From the NCBI GenBank assembly GCA_965208575.1, contig CBDBOV010000005.1:640001-704000 (forward strand): a stretch of DNA of 64,000 bases, written 5' to 3'. The notes beneath the pieces were generated by a model. The model saw only the letters and a list, made by a program, of their open reading frames with translations, searched no databases and was not told where the DNA came from. Made by a program: the position numbers and the translations under genes. This document shows positions 55,189-64,000 of the stretch, piece after piece (position 1 is the first letter of the stretch; each line of letters opens with the position of its first letter). This DNA comes from Spirochaetia bacterium. Its GTDB lineage: Bacteria > Spirochaetota > Spirochaetia > SZUA-6 > Bin103.

Positions 55189-55376
55189 GGCAGGTCCGGG
55201 CCGGCGGTCCGCTGCGGCGCCGGCCGGGCCGGCGCCCGGTGCCGGGGCTCAAACTCGGGGCCCTGCGCGCCGAGGCGGAACAGGTTGCCGGCTTCCTCCG
55301 GGATTGCCTGCGCGTCGGCGGTGGCCTCGCGCAAGGCATCGTCTGCAAACAACAGGTGGCTGATGTGGGCGGGCAT
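55185..55376 (-). pseudogene. N-terminal fragment of a zinc-dependent phospholipase C family protein
   Basis: MPAHISHLLFA...FRLGAQGPE motif; only 63 codons. Confidence 0.55.
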
Positions 55377-55477
55377 GCGGACGCTGCACGCTACCAACGG
55401 CGCCCGCTCTTGACAACCGACGCACCCGGGGCGCCCACGCGCCCACGCTCCGGTACCGCTCCGGCACCCGCGGCGCA

Positions 55478-55507
55478 TTGACCGGCCGGGGATCGGGTCA
55501 GTAAAAT
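55478..55507 (+). promoter_or_regulatory. Sigma70 promoter of tRNA-Phe
   Basis: TTGACC-18-TAAAAT. Confidence 0.7.
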
Positions 55508-55519
55508 ATCGGTCGTATA

Positions 55520-55592
55520 GCCGCTGTAGCTCAGATGGTAGAGCAGAGGACTGAAAATCCTCGTGTCAGCAGTTCGATTCTGCTCGGCGGCA
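55520..55592 (+). tRNA. tRNA-Phe(GAA)
   Basis: GCCGCTG/CGGCGGC acceptor stem, GAGGA-CTGAAAA-TCCTC anticodon arm and TTCGA T-loop. No encoded CCA. Confidence 0.97.
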
Positions 55593-55607
55593 TGCTGTTC
55601 GCCCCGG

Positions 55608-56354
55608 TCACTCCGGCTGCCAGAAGTAGGGTCCGCTCAAGGCGCCCTTGTCCGCACCCGGCAGCTTGCCGAACACGTACACTTCATAGCGCATCCCGGC
55701 GCGGTAGTCGTCGCCGCCAAGGTGCACTTCCCCGGCAGCGGCCAGCGACTCGCGCAGTACGCCCTCGGACACGATCCACAGGCTGTAGTCCGCGCTGCCG
55801 CTGATCGCGAAGGTATCCCCGCGCTGCCGTACCTCGGGCAGGGGCGTCGAACGGCGCTGTTCGGGAATCACGAATCGGGAGGTGGCGCGCTCGCCCCCCG
55901 CATCGATCAGCAGTACGCGATAATCGCCGGCCGGGAATGGCTGTTCGCCCGGCATGGCCAGCGAGGCGGCGCCGATCCAGGTGGCGCCGTCGCGTTGGTC
56001 GCGCGTCCAGGTATCGGCGGTGGCGCGCCAGAACAGCTCGCCCCCGTCGTGAATGACATACAACTCGTCGAGGTCGTCGAGCCCGTCGGCATCCGCGGCG
56101 CGCACGAACACGCTCAGTCGTTCGTAGCGGCGGTCGAGGTCGCGGTCGTCGAAATCGACCAGCAGCCACTGCAAGTCGTACAGCTCCGGGGCGCTGGTCT
56201 CACAACCTGCCAGAGCCACCGACAGAACCAGCGCCGCACACAGGCCGAGTGCTGCCGTTGCGCCGGGGGCGGCTCTCGCCGGCAGCGGACCGCGAGCCGC
56301 CCCCGTGCCGCGCGTCACCTGCCCGCGCCGGGACCCGGCGCCTCCGTGTCGCAT
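55608..56354 (-). CDS. Hypothetical lipoprotein; start uncertain
   Basis: Lipobox LAGC and DADGLDDLDELY motif. Confidence 0.7.
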   Translation of the reverse strand: MRHGGAGSRRGQVTRGTGAARGPLPARAAPGATAALGLCAALVLSVALAGCETSAPELYDLQWLLVDFDDRDLDRRYERLSVFVRAADADGLDDLDELYVIHDGGELFWRATADTWTRDQRDGATWIGAASLAMPGEQPFPAGDYRVLLIDAGGERATSRFVIPEQRRSTPLPEVRQRGDTFAISGSADYSLWIVSEGVLRESLAAAGEVHLGGDDYRAGMRYEVYVFGKLPGADKGALSGPYFWQPE

Positions 56355-57460
56355 GCCGGCTCCGCCAGCGTGCGGCGCAGCGCCGCAATGAATCGCTGCA
56401 GCTCCGCGGTAGTGCCGATGCTCACGCGCAGGTGCCGCGCGAGGGCAGGATGGCGCGGCTCACGCACGATCACCCCCTGCTCCAGCAGCCGGCGCGCCAC
56501 GGCGGCGGCGGGCCGCCCGACGTGCACGAGGATGAAGTTTGCGTGCGACGGTATGGCGTCAAGTCCGAGCTGTGCGAAGGCCGCGTACAGTTGCCGCTTG
56601 CCGCGCCGGTTGAGGTCGAGCGTACGGTGCAGGAACTGTTCGTCCTGCAGCGCGGCCAGGGCGGCGGCCTGCGCCAGTACCGAGGTGTCGAACGGCGGCC
56701 GTACGCGATGCAGCAGCGCCGCGGTGTCCGCGGCCATGATGCCGTACCCGAAGCGCACGCCGGCCAGGCCGTACGCCTTCGCCATGCTGCGTACCAGGAT
56801 CAGGTTGCCCTGACCGCCCGCGGCGCGCGCCCGCAACTCCGGGAACGCATCCGGGTCGGCGAACTCCCGGTACACCTCGTCATGCACCAACACGACCCGT
56901 TCCGGAAGCGCGGCCAGCAGGCGGCGCATCGCCGCGCGCGGGAACAACGCGCCGGTCGGATTGTTCGGGTTGCACAGGAACACCATGCGCGTGCGCCCTC
57001 CGATCCGCTCCAGGATCGCGTCCGCGGTCAGTTCCAGGCCGGGCATCGGCACGTCCACCACGGTCGCCCCCTTGGTCAGCGCGGCGATGCGGTACATGTC
57101 GAAGGTGACCTGCGGTACCAGCACTTCGTCGCCCGGGCGCAGGAAGGCCAACGCCGCGGCCAGCAGTATGGAGTCGGCGCCGTTGCCGGTGACCACGCAG
57201 TCGGGAGCCACGCCGTTGGCCGCGCCGAGGGCCTCCTGGAGCACCGGGTTGATCACCTCCGGATACTGGTGGCCGCGCTCGAGGCTGGCGGCCATGGCGG
57301 CAACCGCCATGGGACTGACCCCGAGCGGATTCTCGTTGGATGCAAGCTTGATGATGTCGGTGGTACCGAGCTCACGCGCCACTTCGACGATGGTGCGTCC
57401 GGGTACGTATGGTGGAATGTCGGCGATGCCCGGGGCCGCGTTGCGCGCTGCGTCGAACAT
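56315..57460 (-). CDS. hisC: Histidinol-phosphate aminotransferase
   Basis: KLASNENPLG, CNPNNPTG, DEVY and KAYGLAGVRFG motifs. Confidence 0.93.
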   Translation of the reverse strand: MFDAARNAAPGIADIPPYVPGRTIVEVARELGTTDIIKLASNENPLGVSPMAVAAMAASLERGHQYPEVINPVLQEALGAANGVAPDCVVTGNGADSILLAAALAFLRPGDEVLVPQVTFDMYRIAALTKGATVVDVPMPGLELTADAILERIGGRTRMVFLCNPNNPTGALFPRAAMRRLLAALPERVVLVHDEVYREFADPDAFPELRARAAGGQGNLILVRSMAKAYGLAGVRFGYGIMAADTAALLHRVRPPFDTSVLAQAAALAALQDEQFLHRTLDLNRRGKRQLYAAFAQLGLDAIPSHANFILVHVGRPAAAVARRLLEQGVIVREPRHPALARHLRVSIGTTAELQRFIAALRRTLAEPACDTEAPGPGAGR

Positions 57461-57506
57461 CATGCGTCAGGCGGCGCGGTGTCGGAACGACGCCGCGCCG
57501 GCAGGG

Positions 57507-57559
57507 TTGACCCGCCCCGTAACGACATATATATTCGTAAAAATGAATGAAAATACAAC
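57507..57559 (+). promoter_or_regulatory. argR promoter with tandem ARG boxes
   Basis: TTGACC-17-TATATT. Box aaTGAATGAAAATACAac (57542-57559) and a weaker box at 57522-57539. Confidence 0.75.
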
Positions 57560-58073
57560 TATCGAGCCTACCACAACCACCTCCCTCCATGCAACGCGCG
57601 CCACCGCCTCGGGCCGCCGCCGCGCCGTTCTCGAACTGATCGCCGGCGGTGCGATCAGCAGTCAGGGCCAGCTTCTCAAGCACCTGTCGGCGCGCGGCCA
57701 CCCTGTCACGCAGGCGACGCTGTCGCGTGACCTGAAGATACTGAAGGTGGGCAAGCTGCCCAATGGCCGCGGCGGTTACACCTATGCGTTGCGCGACGAC
57801 GCCACGGGCGGTGCGGAGGAAGACGTGCAGGCGATGTTCCTGCACGGCTATCGGTCGATCGCCTTCTCCGGCAACCTGGCGGTAGTCCACACGCTGCCCG
57901 GCCACGCCGCGAGCGTGGCGTTTGCGCTCGACAGGCTGGCGGTGGCCGGGATCATCGGTACGGTCGCCGGGGACGACACGATTCTGGCGGTGCTGGCGGA
58001 GGGCACCGGCGCGGACGAGGTACGCCGGGAGCTGATGCGGCGCATCCGGGGACTCGAGGAGCGCACGCCGTGA
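57543..58073 (+). CDS. argR: Arginine repressor
   Basis: SQ.QL, VTQATLSRDL and GTVAGDDT motifs. Confidence 0.95.
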   Translation: MNENTTIEPTTTTSLHATRATASGRRRAVLELIAGGAISSQGQLLKHLSARGHPVTQATLSRDLKILKVGKLPNGRGGYTYALRDDATGGAEEDVQAMFLHGYRSIAFSGNLAVVHTLPGHAASVAFALDRLAVAGIIGTVAGDDTILAVLAEGTGADEVRRELMRRIRGLEERTP

Positions 58074-59110
58074 CCGCCACCATACTGGGCGCCACCGGCT
58101 ACGCCGGCTCGCTGCTGCTGCGCCTGCTGCTCGAGCATCCCGCGGTCAGCGCCATCGTGGCGGTGTCCGCCTCGCGCGCCGGCCAGCCGCTCGCCGCCGC
58201 GCTGCCGGCGTTCGCCGGGCTGGCCACCGCGGCCTCGGACAAGCTCGGCGACGGCACCCTGGTAAGCGCCGACGCGGCGGCGCGGCGCCCCACCGACGTG
58301 GTGTTCTCCGCGCTGCCGCCGTTGCAGTCGGCGGCCGGCGCCGAGCCATACTTCGACTCGGCGGTGGTGATCGACCTGGCCGCGGACTTTCGCATTCGCG
58401 ACCACGCGCTGTTCGCGACCGCGTACGGAACGCCGCCGCCGCGCCCCGACCTGCTGCCGGGCGCCGCCTACGGGCTCAGCGAGTGGCACCGCGAGCCGAT
58501 TACGCGGGCGTCGATCATCGCCAACCCGGGCTGTTACCCGACGGCGGTGCTGCTGCCGTTGCTGCCGCTGGCCGCGGCCGGTGTGCTGCGCGGCACGGTG
58601 ATCGCGAATGCGATGAGCGGGATTACCGGCGCCGGCCGCAAGGTGAGCGCCGAGTACCTGTTCACCGAGCTGAGTGAGAGCGTTACCGCTTACGCGCCGG
58701 CCCGCAGCCACCGTCACCATGCCGAGATGGCGAGCGAACTCGGCCCGGTGGCGGCCGATCTCGACCTGCTGTTTACGCCTCACCTGGTGCCGATGCGGCG
58801 CGGCCTGGCGGCCACCACGGTGGCGACGCTGCGCGAGCCGGGTGGCGCGGCGCGCGTCGCAGACATACTGCAGGAAGCGTACGGCGGGTGCCGGTTCGTC
58901 GCCCTTGCCGGCGAACGCATCCCGGCGACCGCCGACGTGTGGGGCGCCAACCGCTGCGACATCGGGTGGCGCGTGAGCGGGCGCGAAGTAGTGCTGTTCT
59001 CGGTCATCGACAACCTGCTCAAGGGCGCCGCCGGGCAGGCGGTGCAGAACATGAACCTGCGCTTCGGACTGCCGGAAGGCTCGGCCCTGCCGCTGCACGG
59101 AGAGGCGTAG
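58070..59110 (+). CDS. argC: N-acetyl-gamma-glutamyl-phosphate reductase
   Basis: GATGYAG, ANPGCYPT and DNLLKGAAGQAVQ motifs. Confidence 0.95.
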   Translation: MTATILGATGYAGSLLLRLLLEHPAVSAIVAVSASRAGQPLAAALPAFAGLATAASDKLGDGTLVSADAAARRPTDVVFSALPPLQSAAGAEPYFDSAVVIDLAADFRIRDHALFATAYGTPPPRPDLLPGAAYGLSEWHREPITRASIIANPGCYPTAVLLPLLPLAAAGVLRGTVIANAMSGITGAGRKVSAEYLFTELSESVTAYAPARSHRHHAEMASELGPVAADLDLLFTPHLVPMRRGLAATTVATLREPGGAARVADILQEAYGGCRFVALAGERIPATADVWGANRCDIGWRVSGREVVLFSVIDNLLKGAAGQAVQNMNLRFGLPEGSALPLHGEA

Positions 59111-59114
59111 CGTC

Positions 59115-59966
59115 ATGGACGGCGAACTGCTGGTGATCAAGCTTGGCGGCGCCGCGGCCGACCACGAACCGTCACTGACCGCGTTTGCCCACGAGTTGGT
59201 CGCGCTGGCACGGGGCGGCGCGCGTATCGTGCTGGTACACGGCGGCGGCGCCGAGGTGAGCGCCCTGTCGCGGCGGCTGGGGCTTGAGCCGCGGTTTCGC
59301 GACGGCATACGGATTACCTCGCCGGAGGAGATGCCGTACGTCGACATGGTGCTGTGCGGCGCAGTCAACAAGCGGCTGGTGCGGGTGCTCGGTGCCGCGG
59401 GTCTGCGGGCGGTGGGTCTGAGCGGATCCGACGGACCGATCTTTACCGGCGCGCCGCTGGCCGGCGCGGCTGCCGGCGCGGACAACCGCACGGCGGCGGT
59501 GGCGCAGGTAGACACCCGGCTGCCCCGGCTGCTGGTCGAGCACGGCTACCTGCCGGTGATTGCTCCGACGAGTGTGCAGCCGCCGGCGCGGGCGGTGAAC
59601 ATCAATGCCGACGCGGTCGCCCTGCGGCTGGCGCCGGCGCTGGCCGCCGATCGCCTGCTGTTCCTGTCCGACGTTCCCGGCATTGTCAAGGACGGCGCCG
59701 CGCTGGCGGCGCTCACGCCGCACCGGGCGGCCGCGGAGATCGCCGCCGGTACCATCAGCGGCGGCATGATTCCGAAGGTCGAGGCCGCGCTGCACGCCCT
59801 GGCGCAGGGCGTGCGCCGGGTGGTGATCGGCCGGTTCGGCGCGCCCGGAGACCTGGCGAACCTGTTGACCGGGGCGGCCGGGACCACCATGCTCCCTCAC
59901 ACTCACGATCTTCCCGACACCGCAACCAAGCAACCGACACAGCAACCGACACAGGAGGTACGGTAA
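59115..59966 (+). CDS. argB: Acetylglutamate kinase
   Basis: VIKLGG, VHGGG, NINAD and GGMIPKV motifs. Confidence 0.95.
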   Translation: MDGELLVIKLGGAAADHEPSLTAFAHELVALARGGARIVLVHGGGAEVSALSRRLGLEPRFRDGIRITSPEEMPYVDMVLCGAVNKRLVRVLGAAGLRAVGLSGSDGPIFTGAPLAGAAAGADNRTAAVAQVDTRLPRLLVEHGYLPVIAPTSVQPPARAVNINADAVALRLAPALAADRLLFLSDVPGIVKDGAALAALTPHRAAAEIAAGTISGGMIPKVEAALHALAQGVRRVVIGRFGAPGDLANLLTGAAGTTMLPHTHDLPDTATKQPTQQPTQEVR

Positions 59967-61192
59967 TGAAACGAGATGGTGCGATAGTCAGCGAACATCC
60001 GATGCCGGGCGTATTCACCCCGGAACTGCTGGTCCTCGACCACGGCAACGGCTGCCGGGTGAGCGACGTCGCCGGCCGGTCCTACCTGGACTTCGGCGGC
60101 GGCATCGCGGTCAATGCGCTCGGCTACGGGCGCGAAGACCTGGCGCAGGCCGCGGCCGACCAGATGCGCAAGTTGGTCCATGTGTCCAACCTGTACGCCA
60201 CCGAACCGGCCCTGGCGCTGGCGCAGAAGCTGATCGCATCGGCGCCGGCGCGGGCCGACGTTGCCAGCGTGCAGTTCACCAACAGCGGGTCGGAGGCAAA
60301 CGAGACGGCGCTCAAGTATGCGCGCCTGCTGGCCTCGCGCGGCGGCAAGCGGGGCAAGGACCGCATCGCCTGCTTCAGCGGGGCGTTCCACGGCCGCACC
60401 ATGGGGGCGCTGAGCTGCACGCCGACCGAGAAGTACCAGGAGCCGTTCGCGCCGCTCATCGGCGGCGTTGCCGCGTTGCCCTTCAACGACGCCGATGCCG
60501 CCGCCGCAACCCTCGACGACTCGTTCTGCGCGGTGATCGTCGAGGTGGTGCAGGGCGAGGGTGGCCTGGACGTGATGAGCGAGCGGTTCGCGCACATGCT
60601 CAATGAACGGTGCCGCCGGCATGCCATCATGCTGATTGCCGACGAGGTGCAGACCGGTCTCAGCCGCGCCGGTGAGCTGTACGCCAGCTCCCTGGTGGGA
60701 CTGGAGCCGGACCTGATCACGCTCGCCAAGCCGCTCGGCGGCGGCCTGCCGCTGGCCGCGACGCTGATTCCACGGCAGATCAATGCCCTGCTGCACATCG
60801 GCGACCACGGCACCACCTTCGGTGGCGGCCCGGTGACCTGCGCGGTCGGCAACCTGGTGTGGGACACCGTGGCGGCGCCCGAGTTCGTGGCAACCGTGCG
60901 CAGCCGCGGGCGCTACCTGCACGACGCTCTCCGCAAGCTCGCCGGCGCCAGTGGGATGCTCGGCGCGGTGAAGGGTGCCGGCCTGCTGGCCGGCGTCACC
61001 GTGACCGGCGAGGTGGACGGCGCGCCGGCCATCGGCAAGCTGGTGCCCGCGCTGCGCGACGCCGGCCTGCTGGCGCTGCGCTCCGGCGACGACGTGCTGC
61101 GGCTGGCGCCGCCGCTGATCGTCAGCGAGGCGGAGGTCGACGAGGCGATGGCGGTGATCGCCGATGCGGTCGCCGCGCTCGGAGGCGAGTAG
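59966..61192 (+). CDS. argD: Acetylornithine aminotransferase
   Basis: GIAVNALG, NSGSEANE, FHGRT, DEVQTG and AKPLGGG motifs. Confidence 0.93.
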   Translation: MKRDGAIVSEHPMPGVFTPELLVLDHGNGCRVSDVAGRSYLDFGGGIAVNALGYGREDLAQAAADQMRKLVHVSNLYATEPALALAQKLIASAPARADVASVQFTNSGSEANETALKYARLLASRGGKRGKDRIACFSGAFHGRTMGALSCTPTEKYQEPFAPLIGGVAALPFNDADAAAATLDDSFCAVIVEVVQGEGGLDVMSERFAHMLNERCRRHAIMLIADEVQTGLSRAGELYASSLVGLEPDLITLAKPLGGGLPLAATLIPRQINALLHIGDHGTTFGGGPVTCAVGNLVWDTVAAPEFVATVRSRGRYLHDALRKLAGASGMLGAVKGAGLLAGVTVTGEVDGAPAIGKLVPALRDAGLLALRSGDDVLRLAPPLIVSEAEVDEAMAVIADAVAALGGE

Positions 61193-62398
61193 GTGGCCGA
61201 ACTGCGCAAGATCGTCCTGGCCTACTCCGGCGGCCTGGACACCTCGATCATCATCCCCTGGCTCAAGGAGCGCTATCCCAGCGCCGAGGTGATCGCGTAC
61301 TGTGCCGATGTCGGGCAGGCTGACGATACCAGCGGTCTGGAGCAGCGCGCCCTGGCCTCCGGCGCGAGCAAGCTGCACCTGCGCGACCTGCGCGCCGAGT
61401 TTGTGACCGAATACCTGTTCCCACTGCTGCGTTCGGGGGCTGTCTACGAAGGCAAGTACCTGCTCGGCACCTCGATCGCGCGCCCGTTGCAGGCCAAGCA
61501 CCAGGTCGCGGTGGCGCTCGAAGAGGGCGCCGACGCCGTGGCCCACGGCTGCACCGGCAAGGGCAACGACCAGGTGCGGTTCGAGATGACCTATCGCGCC
61601 CTGGCCCCGCACCTTGCCGTGATCGCACCCTGGCGGCTGTGGGAGATCCGTTCCCGCGAGCAGGCGATCGACTACGCCGCCGCGCATGGCATCGACCTGG
61701 CCGGCGTTTCACGACGCAACATCTATTCGCGCGACGACAACCTGTGGCACATCAGCCACGAGGGCGGCGACCTGGAAGATCCGGCGAACCGCCCCGGCGA
61801 GGCGCTGTTTCAGCGCTCGGTGGCGCCGCGGGAGGCTCCCGACAGCGAGACCGCGGTGACCATCGAGTTCGAGGCGGGGGTGCCGGTGGCGGTGGACGGC
61901 GAACGGTTGCAGCCGGTGCCGCTGCTCGCGCGGCTCAATCGGCTCGGCGGCGCCAACGCGATCGGCCGTGCCGACCTCGTCGAGTCGCGGCTGGTGGGCA
62001 TGAAGAGCCGCGGCGTGTACGAAACGCCGGGCGGCACCATTCTGTGGACCGCGCTGCGCGAACTGGAGGCGCTGACCCTCGATGCCGACGCGCTGCACGC
62101 CAAGCAGGAACTGGCGCTGCGCTACGCGCAGTTGGTATACAACGGCAAGTGGTTCACCCCCCTGCGCGCCGCCCTGGAGGCGTTCTGCGAGCGGCTGTGC
62201 CGGGTGGTGAGCGGATCGGTCAGCCTCGCCCTGTACAGGGGCAATCTGACCGTGATCGGGCGCGATTCGGGCAACGGGCTGTACCGCCATGACCTGGCGT
62301 CGTTCGCGGCCGGCAGCTACGACCATGCCGATGCCACCGGCTTCATCAACCTGTACGGGCTGCCCGAGCAGGTGCGTGCGCTCAGCCAGCAGCGGTAG
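61193..62398 (+). CDS. argG: Argininosuccinate synthase
   Basis: LAYSGGLDTS, HGCTGKGNDQVRF and KSRGVYETPG motifs. Confidence 0.97.
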   Translation: MAELRKIVLAYSGGLDTSIIIPWLKERYPSAEVIAYCADVGQADDTSGLEQRALASGASKLHLRDLRAEFVTEYLFPLLRSGAVYEGKYLLGTSIARPLQAKHQVAVALEEGADAVAHGCTGKGNDQVRFEMTYRALAPHLAVIAPWRLWEIRSREQAIDYAAAHGIDLAGVSRRNIYSRDDNLWHISHEGGDLEDPANRPGEALFQRSVAPREAPDSETAVTIEFEAGVPVAVDGERLQPVPLLARLNRLGGANAIGRADLVESRLVGMKSRGVYETPGGTILWTALRELEALTLDADALHAKQELALRYAQLVYNGKWFTPLRAALEAFCERLCRVVSGSVSLALYRGNLTVIGRDSGNGLYRHDLASFAAGSYDHADATGFINLYGLPEQVRALSQQR

Positions 62399-62452
62399 CG
62401 CCGGCGCGGCCGATTCGCTTCCGCCCGCGGTGCGTATTATGCTGTAGCCGTA

Positions 62453-62914
62453 GTGATGGCTGAGTCGGCTGAGGATCCCGCCGAGCGCGCGGCGAGGCGG
62501 TTGCGCAAGGAGCGCAAGAAAGCGGAAGGAGAGCTGGCGAGCGGCCTCACGTTCAGCGCCGTGTTCGTCGTCCTGCTGCTGGTGCACGGCGGCTGGTTCT
62601 GGATCTTCCCGCTGGCGCTGGCCGGCATGCTGCCCGCCGTCAAGGGCTTTCTGTCGCTGCGCCGGATCGGTACCCCGCGGCACCTGCGCGCGCCGGCACC
62701 GCCCGACCCGCAGACCGAGGTGTTGAAGATAGCGCGCCGGCAGGGCGGCCGGATCACGCCGGCGCTGGTGGCGGTCGATACCTCGCTGTCGGTGGAGGAG
62801 GCGGAGCGCGCCCTCGACCAGATGGTGCGCGGCGGTTACGCAACCATGGCGGTCGCCGACGACGGGCGCGTGGAGTACGAGTTCCGCGAGTTCCTGCCGG
62901 TCGCGGACCGGTGA
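62453..62914 (+). CDS. Two-TM membrane protein with C-terminal wHTH-like domain
   Basis: Hydrophobic pair of segments. C-terminus resembles that of 52952-53419. Confidence 0.7.
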   Translation: MMAESAEDPAERAARRLRKERKKAEGELASGLTFSAVFVVLLLVHGGWFWIFPLALAGMLPAVKGFLSLRRIGTPRHLRAPAPPDPQTEVLKIARRQGGRITPALVAVDTSLSVEEAERALDQMVRGGYATMAVADDGRVEYEFREFLPVADR

Positions 62915-62996
62915 AGCCGTCCGCGTGGCCGTGCCCGTTGCCGCCGCCGCCGGGGCGCGTTGACCCGCCCCCGGCCGGATGCTACATTCGCCGCAT

Positions 62997-63069
62997 CGGG
63001 CTGTGGCGCAGTTGGTAGCGTACACGTCTGGGGGGCGTGGGGTCGGCGGTTCAAGTCCGCCCAGCCCGA
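62997..63069 (+). tRNA. tRNA-Pro(GGG)
   Basis: CGGGCTG/CAGCCCG acceptor stem, CACGT-CTGGGGG-GCGTG anticodon arm and TTCAA T-loop. Promoter TTGACC-17-TACATT at 62960-62988. Confidence 0.95.
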
Positions 63070-63181
63070 TATTTCCACGCGCACGTGCCGGATCGTGATC
63101 GACACCCGGTACCGTGCTGACACCCCGAGCGGGGCCGATACCCCGAGCGGGGCTGCCTTGTCGAAGCGGGCCGACGCGGCG

Positions 63182-63823
63182 GTGGATGGCGACAAGCGTG
63201 CCGTGCGCGCAAGGATGCGGGCCGTGCTGCGCGGCGCCACGCAGGAGCGGCGGGCGGCGGCGGGCCGCGCCCTGGCGGCGGCGCTTACCGGCCACCCGCG
63301 TTGGCACGCCTGGCGCTGCATGCTGGGGTTCGCCGCCACCGGCCGCGAGCCGGCCACTGCGCCGGCGCTGGCGGCCGCGTACGCGCATGGGCTGGTGGTC
63401 GGTCTGCCGCGTGTTGCCGGGAAGCTGCTTCACTACCACCGGGTCGCGCCGGAGGGTGCGTCGGCGGAGCGTCTGCCGGCCGGCTTGCAGCGCGGCTACC
63501 GCGGCGTGGCCGAGCCGGCGCCCGACGCGCCGCTGCTGGATCTCGACCGCCTGCCGGCGGAGGTGGCGGTGCTGGTGCCGGGCGCGGCGTTCGACCGCGC
63601 CGGCGGCCGGCTCGGGTGGGGCGGCGGCCACTACGACCGCACCCTGGCGGCGCTGGCGCGCGCGTGCGGCGAGGCCTTGCTGGTCGGGGTGTGTTTCTCC
63701 GCCCAGTTGATCGATTCCGTGCCGCGCGCCCGGCATGACCTGCCGGTCGACCTGGTGGTCACCGAGCAGGAGGTGGTGAGTGCCCGGCTCCGCCCGCAAC
63801 GAGGCGGGCGGCCCGGCACGTGA
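63182..63823 (+). CDS. 5-formyltetrahydrofolate cyclo-ligase; start uncertain
   Basis: K..VRARM and VPGAAFD..GGRLGWGGGHYDR, HDLPVD.VVTE motifs. Confidence 0.92.
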   Translation: MDGDKRAVRARMRAVLRGATQERRAAAGRALAAALTGHPRWHAWRCMLGFAATGREPATAPALAAAYAHGLVVGLPRVAGKLLHYHRVAPEGASAERLPAGLQRGYRGVAEPAPDAPLLDLDRLPAEVAVLVPGAAFDRAGGRLGWGGGHYDRTLAALARACGEALLVGVCFSAQLIDSVPRARHDLPVDLVVTEQEVVSARLRPQRGGRPGT

Positions 63824-63921
63824 ACGATGGCCGCGGCGGCCATTTCGTGGCATTGTTAGTGCATCGTCCGGGATCGTCGCGCCGCCGGCGCCGATGACCC
63901 GCCGGCAGGAGGGGAGCCGTC

Positions 63922-64000
63922 TTGAGTATCAAGTCGTCATTGGAAATAGCATTGGAGCGCACCAGGGATGTGCAGGCCGACCCGGAAACGCTCAAGGCCA
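63922..64000 (+). CDS. Start of a conserved hypothetical protein (partial)
   Basis: GGAG-rich RBS, TTG start and SIKSSLEIALERT. Runs off the window. Confidence 0.55.
   Translation, partial: MSIKSSLEIALERTRDVQADPETLKA

Noticed and set aside
55520-63069. tRNA-anchored genomic island between tRNA-Phe and tRNA-Pro
   Set aside because: No integrase, no duplicated tRNA 3' end seen, and the content is housekeeping.
63116-63158. Two-copy 18-bp repeat (GAYACCCCGAGCGGGGC) after tRNA-Pro
   Set aside because: Only two adjacent copies with no spacer; most likely a local duplication or small hairpins.

Overview
High-GC bacterial window, probably from Spirochaetota. This is inferred from spirochaete-style LysM/SPOR/lipoprotein genes and a FliG1-like remnant; the nqr operon suggests a Na+-rich or marine habitat. 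The first ~12.7 kb is accessory and mobile. It holds a tandem pair of multi-CARDB lipoprotein genes, one split by a ~4.3-kb four-gene transposon-like element (Zn-finger/HTH protein, Mu-like DDE transposase, ExeA/TnsC-like AAA+ ATPase, AAA_25 helicase-like protein) with non-canonical ends. It also holds a complete IS66 (13-bp IRs, 8-bp TSD) carrying a DUF4338 gene, inserted exactly at the start codon of a DUF222-like HNH nuclease, plus decayed antitoxin and M42 peptidase genes. The rest is mostly core genome: an opp ABC system with fused ATPases, a FAD oxidoreductase plus short FeoB-like pair, cysE, rbsK, nqrA-F and ndk. A sigma54 nitrogen module follows: glnA, ACT-domain GlnE, an in-frame AmtB-GlnK fusion and a NifA-like activator with paired CTAC-N6-GTAG sites. 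The window ends with aroDE, hisB, asnS, tRNA-Phe, hisC, argRCBDG, tRNA-Pro and 5-FCL. All calls come from motif recognition by eye; no database searches were run.
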